Shown: positions 1 to 8,613 of the stretch, piece by piece
Position numbering within the stretch: position 1 is the first letter of the stretch
Layout of the letters: each line of letters begins with the position of its first letter
Assembly: GCA_013335095.1 (NCBI GenBank)
Contig: JAAXWF010000002.1
Span: 80,516 to 144,515 of the forward strand
Direction of reading: 5' to 3'
Length of the DNA stretch: 64,000 nucleotides
From: a candidate division WWE3 bacterium
GTDB lineage: Bacteria; Patescibacteriota; 4484-211; GCA-002791395
Translations under genes and position numbers: made by a program
The notes under the pieces: generated by a model
The model's database searches: none
What the model saw: only the letters and a program-made list of their open reading frames with translations
Told to the model about the DNA's origin: nothing

Positions 1-541
1 AGATTCTATCACTGATACATTCTTTGCATTCAAAGTGCTTCTCAACGATAAAAGATTCAAACAGTTACCTATTTATATCCGGGGAGGTAAAAAACTAACC
101 CACACTGTAACAGAAATTGCCATTGTATTTAAAAATGCCGAAGACAGATTGTTCGCTACTTTTCCGAATGGGCGACTTCCAAACGTGTTAATTTATCGTA
201 TACAACCGAATGAAGGAATTGTGTTACGGCTTATTACTAAGAAACCAGGGCAGTTATCCGAATTAGAAGAAACATATATGCAATTTTGTTACAAACTCTA
301 TCGTCCGAGCTTGCCTGATCCCTACGAGCGATTGATTTTAGATGCTTTTCATGGAGATCAAACATTCTTTATTGATGCTCATGAAGTTGAAGCACAATGG
401 GGTATAACAGATCCATACTCCCAGAAAAAGGCTCCGTTTATGTATGAGGCAGGGACCTGGGGACCACAAGAAGCAGACGAATTAATCAAAGCAGATCATC
501 GAGAATGGCTCGAACCGTCATTAGCGTTTTGCACGCTATAG
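1..541 (+). CDS. zwf: glucose-6-phosphate 1-dehydrogenase, C-terminal portion (5'-partial; gene begins before the window)
   Basis: ORF 35..541 translation contains the G6PD C-terminal domain signature '...YERLILDAFHGDQTFFIDAHEVEAQW...' (cf. canonical YERLLLDxxxGDQTLF). The frame is open back to position 1, so the in-window Met is not the true start. Stop TAG at 539-541. Confidence 0.75.
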   Translation, partial: DSITDTFFAFKVLLNDKRFKQLPIYIRGGKKLTHTVTEIAIVFKNAEDRLFATFPNGRLPNVLIYRIQPNEGIVLRLITKKPGQLSELEETYMQFCYKLYRPSLPDPYERLILDAFHGDQTFFIDAHEVEAQWGITDPYSQKKAPFMYEAGTWGPQEADELIKADHREWLEPSLAFCTL

Positions 542-542
542 A

Positions 543-1439
543 TTATTTTTCAACGCTATGACCGCCAAATTGGCCGCGTAATGCAGATACAACTTTATTC
601 CTGAAGAGTTCTTCTTGTGTGTGGGACTTAATACGAACATCAAAAGATTTTTCAATAATTGGAACCTCAACACCCAATTCATTAGCGGTTTCAATCGTCC
701 AGAGACCTTCACCCGTATGTGAAATTTGTGAAGAGATATGAGCAAGTTTCGGATCATCCTTAAAGGCCTGCTCGGCCCAACCGACAAGGCGTGATTCAAT
801 GACAGAACGTTGATTATATAAGTTAAAAACTTGTTTTAGATCTAAATTAAATGGTGCTTCTTTTAAGACCGCGGCGCCTTCAGCAATTGCCTGCATCATT
901 CCGTATTCAATTCCGTTATGGACCATTTTGACAAAGTGACCAGATCCAACTGGTCCGACATGAGCAAAGGCATTTTCTGCAGCAATTTTAAGAAGCAAAG
1001 GAGTTATTGTATCGTAATCGTCTTTACGACCACCAACCATTAAGCATGCGCCAGTACGTGCGCCCGATGGTCCGCCTGATACACCAATATCCATAAAATT
1101 GATTCCATACGTAGCAAGCTGCTCTGATCTTCTTATTGCATCCTTATAAAATGAATTAGCTCCATCAATAACTAAATCTCCAGGTTCTAAGAATGGTATT
1201 ATTTGATCCAATATCGTTTGAGTAACTTCACCTTGGGGTAGCATTAACCAGATAATTCGCGGAGTTGTAAGAATTTGAGTAATTTCTTCGAACGTGTTCA
1301 AACGGATTGCGCCAGCCGCACATACTTCATCGACAGGATCTTTAGATCTATTCCATGCGACAACCTCAACACCTTGCTCAAGCAATCGCAACACCATATT
1401 TTTACCCATTTTACCTAGTCCAAAATAACCAATCCGCAT
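543..1439 (-). CDS. gnd: 6-phosphogluconate dehydrogenase (decarboxylating), short ~300-aa form
   Basis: N-terminal Rossmann motif 'MRIGYFGLGKMGKNMVLRL' and 6PGDH-like NAD-binding and C-terminal helical domain (…GDLVIDGANS…GVSGGPSGARTGACLMVGG…). The ORF track offers 1475 as an alternative start; the Met at 1439 (MRIGYF) fits family N-termini better. The stop overlaps the zwf stop (convergent). Confidence 0.8.
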   Translation of the reverse strand: MRIGYFGLGKMGKNMVLRLLEQGVEVVAWNRSKDPVDEVCAAGAIRLNTFEEITQILTTPRIIWLMLPQGEVTQTILDQIIPFLEPGDLVIDGANSFYKDAIRRSEQLATYGINFMDIGVSGGPSGARTGACLMVGGRKDDYDTITPLLLKIAAENAFAHVGPVGSGHFVKMVHNGIEYGMMQAIAEGAAVLKEAPFNLDLKQVFNLYNQRSVIESRLVGWAEQAFKDDPKLAHISSQISHTGEGLWTIETANELGVEVPIIEKSFDVRIKSHTQEELFRNKVVSALRGQFGGHSVEK

Positions 1440-1535
1440 AGTAACTATCATAGTATATTTTAGTAAAAAACGCACTCTTTAAACTTATAGTGTATAATTA
1501 TCACATTATCGAGGCTACTCACAGGAGGAGCACCT

Positions 1536-1901
1536 ATGTTCCATATCGAGGACGAGAAGTATCTGAGGTATATGGGCTTTACCATAACCAGAACTCAATG
1601 TGTTAGATGCGGCACAATTGGATGCCAGGTCACCGGAATAATTAATGCCGGCGAGACTGGCCCCGGAGATGCTGAAACGCTTATGAGTACATCGGGGTGG
1701 CGGATATCTATTAGTAGAGCGCCACGACAAATACACCCCCACGAATGTAGAGAACATCAATATGATACCTATCGTCCGGCTGGCAGGATCGTTGATCAAC
1801 GTCTGCAGCATGGTACGCCCAACCGCCTAAAATGGATGAGGCGATTTGGTATCGGCGATAACACGATAGCGACTATTTGCCGAATAATCATCCGGCAATA
1901 A
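1536..1901 (+). CDS. hypothetical protein (121 aa) in an unusually GC-rich ~450-bp segment
   Basis: ATG at 1536 is preceded by a strong SD (aggagg at 1524-1529) and a TATAAT-like box (gtgtataatt ~1490-1497). The translation has no recognisable family and is arbitrated against an overlapping antisense ORF (1515..1811). Local GC is clearly above that of the flanking genes. Confidence 0.25.
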   Translation: MFHIEDEKYLRYMGFTITRTQCVRCGTIGCQVTGIINAGETGPGDAETLMSTSGWRISISRAPRQIHPHECREHQYDTYRPAGRIVDQRLQHGTPNRLKWMRRFGIGDNTIATICRIIIRQ

Positions 1902-1964
1902 AGCGCGCCCCAACTTATCGTAGGCAATACGGCGCTGGTTTAACCAATCAGCGCCCTTTTAAGG

Positions 1965-1970
1965 TATAAT
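1965..1970 (+). promoter_or_regulatory. -10 box (TATAAT) placed 7 nt upstream of the metG ATG; implies a leaderless or near-leaderless metG transcript
   Basis: Sequence aaggTATAATcctgattATGaatgag; no SD between the box and the ATG. A candidate -35 ttaacc sits at ~1940-1945 with a 19-nt spacer. Confidence 0.35.
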
Positions 1971-1977
1971 CCTGATT

Positions 1978-3675
1978 ATGAATGAGACAAAACAAAATAT
2001 ATTAATAGGCGTTGCATGGCCATATGTAAATGGGAATCTGCATATCGGTCATCTAGCAGGATACTTATTAGCTGCTGACATCGAAGCACGTTATCAGAGG
2101 CTTAAAGGAAATGAAGTACTGATGGTTTCGGGTTCTGACTGTTATGGAACACCAATTACGGTTGAAGCAGATAAGCGCGGTAAAACACCAAAGGGAATTG
2201 CTGATGAATACCACGCCAAAGATATTGAACTCTTTCAACAAACACTCGGATTAACGTATGATCTGTATACACGGACAGACACTCAGCACCACGCTAAGAT
2301 TACTCAAGATTTTTTTATCAGAATGATTGAGCAAGGATATATTTTTATTGGTACAACCGAACAATATTTTTCAGCGACACAGAATCGTTTTCTGCCTGAC
2401 AGATATATTCAAGGGACTTGTCCACATTGTGGATTTCTTGAGGCTCGGAGTGACCAGTGTGATAACTGTGGTAAATTGTTGGATCAGGGTGAGGTTATAA
2501 ATCCAATTAGCAAATTAACAAAAGATCCGGTCGAACTAAAAGAAACGCAACATTACTTCATTGACTGGCCGAAACTACAGCCGAAGTTAGTTGAATACGT
2601 AGATAACGTATCACCGAAGTGGAAAGAATGGGTTAGAAATGAAACCAAAGGATGGTTACATGAGGGATTAAAACCGCGGGCCATTACACGTGATTTAGAT
2701 TGGGGAGTTCCAATACCGATAGATCGAATACCGAAAGAACTTCAGATTAGCGACTATGAAAACAAGCGTATTTATGTATGGTTTGATGCGGTAATTGGGT
2801 ATTTCTCGGCATCACTGTTATGGTCATCAATAAATAATAAAGACTGGAAGCCCTTCTGGTATGGTGATAATACATACCATTATTATTTCATGGGAAAAGA
2901 TAATTTAGTGTTTCATACGCTTTTCTGGCCAGGACAGCTAATGAGCTATGATGAAAAAGCACATCTGCCTGACAATGTCAGCATAAACATGTTCTTAAAC
3001 TATGACGGTAAGCAGTTTTCTAAAAGCCGGGGAGTATCAATAGATATCGATTACATTGTAAAAAAATACGGCAATGATATTGTTCGGTTCTATTTAGCAT
3101 ACGTAATGCCAGAAAAAAAGGATGCCAGCTTCACATGGCAAGACTTTCAAGAAAGGATCAATTCGAGTCTTATTGGAACATTAGGTAATTTTATCCATCG
3201 AGTACTAACTATTGGTTATGGGGTTGAACGTCTGAAAGATCCCAAAATATCCGAAGATGTACAATCAAAGATACTAAGTTCTTTTAGTACTTCAAAAGAT
3301 GCCCTGGAGAAAACTGAATTCCGATTATATGTCGATTCCATATTGCAACTTGCAGCTCATGGCAATCAACTCGTTGATCATAGTAAATTGTGGGAACTTA
3401 AAAAATCAGATTTACCCAAATTCCAACGAATAATAGAGGATTTGTATGCAATAATAGCTGCACTCACGTTTCTAATCGAACCATTGTTACCATCTGCTTC
3501 AGAGTCACTCAAACAAATACTTTCTATTGAACGAAATATTGAATCGCCCTGGGAAAAAGACGATGTGGTATCGCGAATCATTAAAGAAGCGCAATCAATT
3601 AATTTAAATCAAAAGCCAATTCCTCTATTTCAAAAGATAACTGACGAACAAATACAAGAGGAAAGTATTATTTAA
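1978..3675 (+). CDS. metG: methionine--tRNA ligase (class I aaRS, core form without C-terminal tRNA-binding extension)
   Basis: 'PYVNGNLHIGHLAGY' (HIGH motif), 'KFSKSRG' (KMSKS motif), Zn knuckle 'CPHCGF…CDNCG', and an anticodon-binding helical C-domain. Confidence 0.9.
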   Translation: MNETKQNILIGVAWPYVNGNLHIGHLAGYLLAADIEARYQRLKGNEVLMVSGSDCYGTPITVEADKRGKTPKGIADEYHAKDIELFQQTLGLTYDLYTRTDTQHHAKITQDFFIRMIEQGYIFIGTTEQYFSATQNRFLPDRYIQGTCPHCGFLEARSDQCDNCGKLLDQGEVINPISKLTKDPVELKETQHYFIDWPKLQPKLVEYVDNVSPKWKEWVRNETKGWLHEGLKPRAITRDLDWGVPIPIDRIPKELQISDYENKRIYVWFDAVIGYFSASLLWSSINNKDWKPFWYGDNTYHYYFMGKDNLVFHTLFWPGQLMSYDEKAHLPDNVSINMFLNYDGKQFSKSRGVSIDIDYIVKKYGNDIVRFYLAYVMPEKKDASFTWQDFQERINSSLIGTLGNFIHRVLTIGYGVERLKDPKISEDVQSKILSSFSTSKDALEKTEFRLYVDSILQLAAHGNQLVDHSKLWELKKSDLPKFQRIIEDLYAIIAALTFLIEPLLPSASESLKQILSIERNIESPWEKDDVVSRIIKEAQSINLNQKPIPLFQKITDEQIQEESII

Positions 3676-3693
3676 ATTTTTTGGAATTAAAAA

Positions 3694-4416
3694 TTATTTA
3701 CGATCGAAGCCAACGTAGACAGCAATATCAGAATTAGGATTAGATTCTTCTGCAGGTAATTTTGCTATTTGTGCACCTAATACTTTAGCAATTTTTTCAG
3801 CAACACTTCTTGAATTTTCATTCATTGAAACAACGATCGTCTGATCATAATATCTGTTACCTTTATAACTTTCATTTATAACTGGATTTACTTCACCAAC
3901 ATTACCATTAGCAATTAACTGATTAATCTCAGCGGCCACTCCCTGTCTATCTGTTGTGTTAAGAATGGAAACTGTCGTTTTTTTTTCCGTTTTCGCGCCC
4001 TGGGTAGAACCCTGTTCGTTTGATTTCGGATCCTGCTGAATACCATCCTGGTTAGCTGGATTTACTGGTTGTGAGATGTTCACAGGCACAACGTCAATTA
4101 TGCGATCTGATGCAGGACGATAGAGAACCGCTCGACGCGCTTGAGTAAATATGAATACTTTATCACCATTTTCAGCACCTTGGAAAAATGGCTGACCTTC
4201 TAACTTACTTTTATCGGTAACAGTAGCAAGAGTTGGTTCTTCAGCTGGGAGGACCATATGAGTAGCTAATTTTACTTTAAGATCTTGGACTTCAGCTTGG
4301 GCATTATTCTTAATAGATTCTTGATAACGCATATAGAAAAAACCGGCAGCTCCAAGGCTGGCTAACAATGCAATTGATAAAATAGTAATGACTAATGTTC
4401 TTCCGTTAAATTTCAT
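3694..4416 (-). CDS. membrane-anchored LytR_C (LytR/CpsA/Psr C-terminal) domain protein
   Basis: N-terminal TM helix (LVITILSIALLASLGAAGFFY), then a C-terminal '…VSILNTTDRQGVAAEINQLIANGN…IVVSMNENSRSVAEKIAKVLGAQI…DIAVYVGFD' typical of LytR_C domains. Confidence 0.55.
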   Translation of the reverse strand: MKFNGRTLVITILSIALLASLGAAGFFYMRYQESIKNNAQAEVQDLKVKLATHMVLPAEEPTLATVTDKSKLEGQPFFQGAENGDKVFIFTQARRAVLYRPASDRIIDVVPVNISQPVNPANQDGIQQDPKSNEQGSTQGAKTEKKTTVSILNTTDRQGVAAEINQLIANGNVGEVNPVINESYKGNRYYDQTIVVSMNENSRSVAEKIAKVLGAQIAKLPAEESNPNSDIAVYVGFDRK

Positions 4417-4596
4417 AAGACTCTCACTATTTTTAACGATTTGACCATTATTGTAAAGAGCTACAAATTCGTTATCACATCAACCAATACTTAGCACGCT
4501 CGACACAGTATTCGTTTTTCCCTTCTACAGAGAGGTAAAACTACACGCAACAATTTATTGTTGCTCTCATATATAGTTTAGAGTAATCTTAATGGT

Positions 4597-5631
4597 ATGC
4601 CTTATCAAAACAGAACATTACAGAATGAACGACTTACGTTTCTTTTTTCAATTGTTGGAATCCTCTCATTTTTGAGTCTCGCAACCGCTGCGCCAATAAC
4701 TTCGTCAAATAATATTTTTAATATGTTGTTTCCAAAAACTTCGGCAGATGCAAAGTCGTCAAATAATCTTAGTGCATTTTTTAGTACAAAAAATATTAAT
4801 GATGTAGCAAATGAAGATGGGCAAACACTATCAATTCCACAAGTTATTCAAGATGTGTCTTGGATTGGTTCGGGTGATACAGTGGATGATTCGTATGCTG
4901 GATTTATATTTCACCGCAAGGGATTACCGCTAAACGCATCGATTCAATCAGCATTTCTGGTATTAAAATCATCCGAAACAAATTCGACGCCCATCTCGGT
5001 AGATATATATGCTGAATCAGACAAACAGCCAGAACAATTCTCTTCTTCAAGTAAGCCGTCAGATCGGATTATAGGAACAGATGTAATAACGTATACAACC
5101 ACAAAAACATGGCGGAAGGATGAGGTTGTACTTATTAATGTAACACAAGTAATTGATCAAGCACTCACTGCCAATCCCGAGTTGCAGTCAATCTCCCTGA
5201 TAATGAAAAATACTTCTTCAGTAGCAAAACAGAGGCGGTTCTTTTATGGAAAATCAAACACGATAAAGTCACCTCGACTATTCGTTAGATACAGAATGAA
5301 TGACGTACGCACCGATAGTAATGTCACAATTCCGCCATCTTCAACGAAATTGCCGACAAGGATCCCAACCTCAATTAACATAACACCGACTCCTTATCCG
5401 ACCATAACATCAGCACAACCCATTACTGCTATACCGACACAAAGACTAAACAACTGTATTATTACTGGTTGTAGCGGGCAAATTTGTAGCGATCAAGAGA
5501 TGTATACAACATGTGAGTACAAGGACGAATATGCGTGCTATAGAAATGCGAAATGTGAACGTCAATCAAACGGGAAATGTGGCTGGACGATGGATAATAG
5601 TCTAAGTCAATGTCTCAGTTCGACACGGTAA
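4597..5631 (+). CDS. secreted hypothetical protein: signal-anchor, Thr/Pro-rich linker, C-terminal 10-Cys module
   Basis: Hydrophobic N-terminus (LTFLFSIVGILSFLSLATAAP). It is followed by 'LFPKTSADAK', a variant of the FPKKESSA motif shared with two other proteins here. There is a PT-rich linker (PTRIPTSINITPTPYPTITSAQPITAIPT) and a Cys-rich C-terminus (CIITGCSGQICSD…CEYKDEYACYRNAKCERQSNGKCGW). Confidence 0.5.
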   Translation: MPYQNRTLQNERLTFLFSIVGILSFLSLATAAPITSSNNIFNMLFPKTSADAKSSNNLSAFFSTKNINDVANEDGQTLSIPQVIQDVSWIGSGDTVDDSYAGFIFHRKGLPLNASIQSAFLVLKSSETNSTPISVDIYAESDKQPEQFSSSSKPSDRIIGTDVITYTTTKTWRKDEVVLINVTQVIDQALTANPELQSISLIMKNTSSVAKQRRFFYGKSNTIKSPRLFVRYRMNDVRTDSNVTIPPSSTKLPTRIPTSINITPTPYPTITSAQPITAIPTQRLNNCIITGCSGQICSDQEMYTTCEYKDEYACYRNAKCERQSNGKCGWTMDNSLSQCLSSTR

Positions 5632-5648
5632 TTAATGAATAACGATCA

Positions 5649-8579
5649 ATGAAGAATAGTAATACAAATAAAAACTATTTAGCTGTTATTGTTGTAGCAA
5701 CGGTATTAATGGTAACTTCAATTATAGGAATATCAACATATTATCCACCAACTAAAGGCTCCCTTTCTACTATATTTCCCAAAAAAGAATCTTCGGCACA
5801 AACCGGAACTCTTCAGGTTAGCAACAACTTAATCCTGAATCAAAATAACGAACGTTTTATCTTTAAAGGCGTCAATTTGGAATTTTACCGAGACATGAAT
5901 GTCAGTAATGTAACGTATACCGGTTGGGAAAAAAGAAATCAGATTGTTTCAAAACTAAAATCACTAGGAATAAATGCCGTACGTGTGAACTATAGATCAG
6001 ACAGTATCAAATCGACGGCAAATGGACATACAGAGAACGGAAACATCTCTCAGCTACTTGATATGCTAAAACTCTTTTCTGATAATGGTATTTATGTTAT
6101 GCCGAGTGACCACATCTTTACCGGCAATGACATAGCAAATAAAGAGAATCTTTCATTCCCAAATTTCAAGAAAGTAATTGATGATTCACGAGCTCGGGGA
6201 TATGAACACATGCTAATAATGAATCCTTACAATGAACCATATAATAACGAAAACTGGTCTGCATGGGCAAGCGAAAATAAATCTACGTTAGATTACTTGC
6301 GGTCAACGCTTCAGTTTAAGGGTCTTATAATCTTAGACAATCCATTATGGGCAGGAGCTATAAACGTAGACCAAGCAAAACAACTCCTAGCATATGACAA
6401 AACGTTACTTGGTGGCTCTACCGAATTAGCCTTTTCAAATCATTATTATCCCAATTGGGGATTAGATGGACCCAATCAAGTGATGACATCAGCAAAGTCA
6501 ATCCCTTTAATTTTAGGAGAGCTCGGCCAATGGTCTTCACAAGGATCTAATCCCAACTATGTAATATCAGTACTCGATTTACTGGTTAAGACAGGCATTC
6601 CAAATGGTCATAATGGTTTGTTCCCATGGATCTGGAATTGGAGTGATGCAAATACGATGACGAGTTCAGATCAGCTAACATTAAATAGTCATGGAGACTT
6701 ATTTGTTAATAACTATTATTCCAAAATTGTATCTAATTCGAATACTCCCGTTCCGTCTGCTGTAATAAATCCGACATCAACGCCAGTCACCGGAAACCAA
6801 TTATCCAATATCCCCTCAACAATATTAAATGGACTTCGTGAAGGTGGGGTAAATCTTGTATTTGGTTGGTGGGATCCACATGGATATGCTCCGACGGAAT
6901 TCGACGATGATCTACCAATAATAAAAGCAAAAGGTGGAGGACATATCAGACTACCTGTAAGTTCTGACTTAATTGAGGAAGGTACAACTGGTAAGGTAAA
7001 GGAAAGCACTTGGCAAGAATTAAAAACATTTATCGAAAAAGCAAAGAGCAATGGCTTAGTCACAGTAATTGATTTGCATCACCTCGGCGTATTTTCTTTA
7101 GATTACTATCAAGGGAAGTCAACTGATACAAGCTGGACTGATTTTATGGATAAAATAAGATACACAGATTGGGCAGCCCGACATATATCATTATCTGAGG
7201 ACATTGCGAAACATATTAACAGAGATTTAGATAAAAGTTGGGTTGTTTTTCAACCTGCAAATGAACCAATATTTACCGGAAACAATGAACCGCAGATTTG
7301 GTATAACCACCAAAATAAACTAATACCTGCAATTCGTCGCGGTTGCAGCGACTGCACTATCTTTATCATGTCGCACTCCTGGCAAAGCATTGGTGCAACC
7401 GTAGATAATATGAACTTCTCTCAAATGCAATGGTGGGACAATAAGATGATCATTGACATGCATTACTATTCACCACTAGACCTAACGCATTGTGGATATA
7501 CTTCGAGTACGAATAATTGTGCTGGAAAACAATGGCCGGGAACATATACAGGTTGGACGACATTCGGTACTGAACATAACGGCACATGGGATAAAACATT
7601 TCTTGAAAGAGAATTTAAGCGGGTGTGGGATTATCAACAGAAAAACCCTGGTGTAGTAGTGCATTTTAGCGAGATAGGAACTCACTCGGGGCTAGAAGAT
7701 ATAACTCGATCTGCATATCTACGCGATGTGACATCAATACTAAGCGCCAATGGAGTTGGCTGGTCATGCTGGGAGTGGGATAAGAACTTTGGAATCATTA
7801 ATCATCCCAAAACGATTGAAGCATGTTTAGGTACAACCGGAATGTCGGTATCGCCATATCCAACATCGCAAGCTTCAATCACACCTACTCCGACATTACA
7901 TGTAAGCAATTCACCGACCCCGTCAACAACGCTTGCTCCAACTCAAACTCCTAGTGCTGGTTTTTATAGAGGAATCAATCTTGGTGGTACAGATATAGCA
8001 ATTAACGGAAACACCTGGTCTGGTGAAGCTACTGCTAATATAAGCGCACTTGGAACGTCAAAGTCAAACCAGTGGTTGAATTTAAATCCATCTGCTGACG
8101 CACAAATGACAAAAATGCTGCAAGACTGGCAAGAGCACTGGAATCATGAGATTACTATTAATAATATTGCTCCTGGTAAATATCGTTTATATGTTTATGG
8201 AGTAATGGATTGGAATGATTCAAATGCACAAACAATTACAAGCTATGTAAATAATCAGAGAATAGGAGAGTGGAAACCAGCTACGAGTGGATCATGGGTT
8301 AAGATGGGACCATGGGATGGGTTAATAACTAATGGAACGGCAACGATTACGACTAGTGCAACTAATAACAAACTTGCTGGAATAGAGATTTATCGTCTTT
8401 TAAGAGCTGATATAAATAACGATGGGATTGTTAACATTTTTGATCTTGGATTACTTTCAGTACATTATGGCGAGCAGTTAACAACATCCAGTGACGCTAT
8501 TGTTCGTAACTGCGATATTAATCAAGATAATGTAATTAATGTTTTCGATGTATCAATCCTAATACAAGAATATAAATAG
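5649..8579 (+). CDS. secreted multidomain glycoside hydrolase: two GH5-like (clan GH-A) catalytic domains, a putative carbohydrate-binding beta-sandwich, and a C-terminal type-I-dockerin-like module
   Basis: Signal-anchor (LAVIVVATVLMVTSIIGI). Domain 1: 'FKGVNLEFY…GINAVRVNY…IMNPYNEPYNNENW' (NEP acid/base) and 'ILGELGQWSS' (GExG-type nucleophile context). Domain 2: 'GHIRLPVSSD…VIDLHH…VFQPANEPIFTG…VHFSEIGTHSG'. The C-terminus 'DINNDGIVNIFDLGLLSVHYGE…CDINQDNVINVFDVSILIQEY' has two Ca-binding-loop-like dockerin segments. Confidence 0.75.
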   Translation: MKNSNTNKNYLAVIVVATVLMVTSIIGISTYYPPTKGSLSTIFPKKESSAQTGTLQVSNNLILNQNNERFIFKGVNLEFYRDMNVSNVTYTGWEKRNQIVSKLKSLGINAVRVNYRSDSIKSTANGHTENGNISQLLDMLKLFSDNGIYVMPSDHIFTGNDIANKENLSFPNFKKVIDDSRARGYEHMLIMNPYNEPYNNENWSAWASENKSTLDYLRSTLQFKGLIILDNPLWAGAINVDQAKQLLAYDKTLLGGSTELAFSNHYYPNWGLDGPNQVMTSAKSIPLILGELGQWSSQGSNPNYVISVLDLLVKTGIPNGHNGLFPWIWNWSDANTMTSSDQLTLNSHGDLFVNNYYSKIVSNSNTPVPSAVINPTSTPVTGNQLSNIPSTILNGLREGGVNLVFGWWDPHGYAPTEFDDDLPIIKAKGGGHIRLPVSSDLIEEGTTGKVKESTWQELKTFIEKAKSNGLVTVIDLHHLGVFSLDYYQGKSTDTSWTDFMDKIRYTDWAARHISLSEDIAKHINRDLDKSWVVFQPANEPIFTGNNEPQIWYNHQNKLIPAIRRGCSDCTIFIMSHSWQSIGATVDNMNFSQMQWWDNKMIIDMHYYSPLDLTHCGYTSSTNNCAGKQWPGTYTGWTTFGTEHNGTWDKTFLEREFKRVWDYQQKNPGVVVHFSEIGTHSGLEDITRSAYLRDVTSILSANGVGWSCWEWDKNFGIINHPKTIEACLGTTGMSVSPYPTSQASITPTPTLHVSNSPTPSTTLAPTQTPSAGFYRGINLGGTDIAINGNTWSGEATANISALGTSKSNQWLNLNPSADAQMTKMLQDWQEHWNHEITINNIAPGKYRLYVYGVMDWNDSNAQTITSYVNNQRIGEWKPATSGSWVKMGPWDGLITNGTATITTSATNNKLAGIEIYRLLRADINNDGIVNIFDLGLLSVHYGEQLTTSSDAIVRNCDINQDNVINVFDVSILIQEYK
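8397..8576 (+). other. dockerin type-I-like duplicated Ca2+-binding segment (C-terminus of the GH5 protein)
   Basis: Two copies of D-x-N-x-D-G/N-x-V-N-x-x-D followed by hydrophobic helices (DINNDGIVNIFDLGLL / DINQDNVINVFDVSIL). Confidence 0.6.
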
Positions 8580-8613
8580 TTAGACCTTTTCTTTAAAATA
8601 ATAGTTAACAAAC

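Noticed and set aside
536-799. ORF 536..799 (-) and ORF 3378..3581 (-), 6716..7063 (-), 7482..7685 (-)
   Set aside because: They lie embedded out-of-frame or antisense in gnd, metG and the GH5 gene, whose own frames carry clear family motifs. No independent expression signals.
1640-1700. SAM-I (S-box) riboswitch upstream of metG
   Set aside because: Only a 9-nt GACUGGCCC match to the consensus core. The required P1 pairing (ctcataag…cttatgag) and kink-turn elements are absent, and metG is not a typical S-box target.
1500-1975. tRNA, tmRNA, RNase P RNA or SRP RNA in the GC-rich gnd-metG spacer
   Set aside because: No GTTCGAATC-type T-loop, no CCA/tmRNA tag-reading-frame signature, no GGAAAGUCCGG P4 motif, and no SRP domain-IV GGAA/AGCAG motif was found on either strand.
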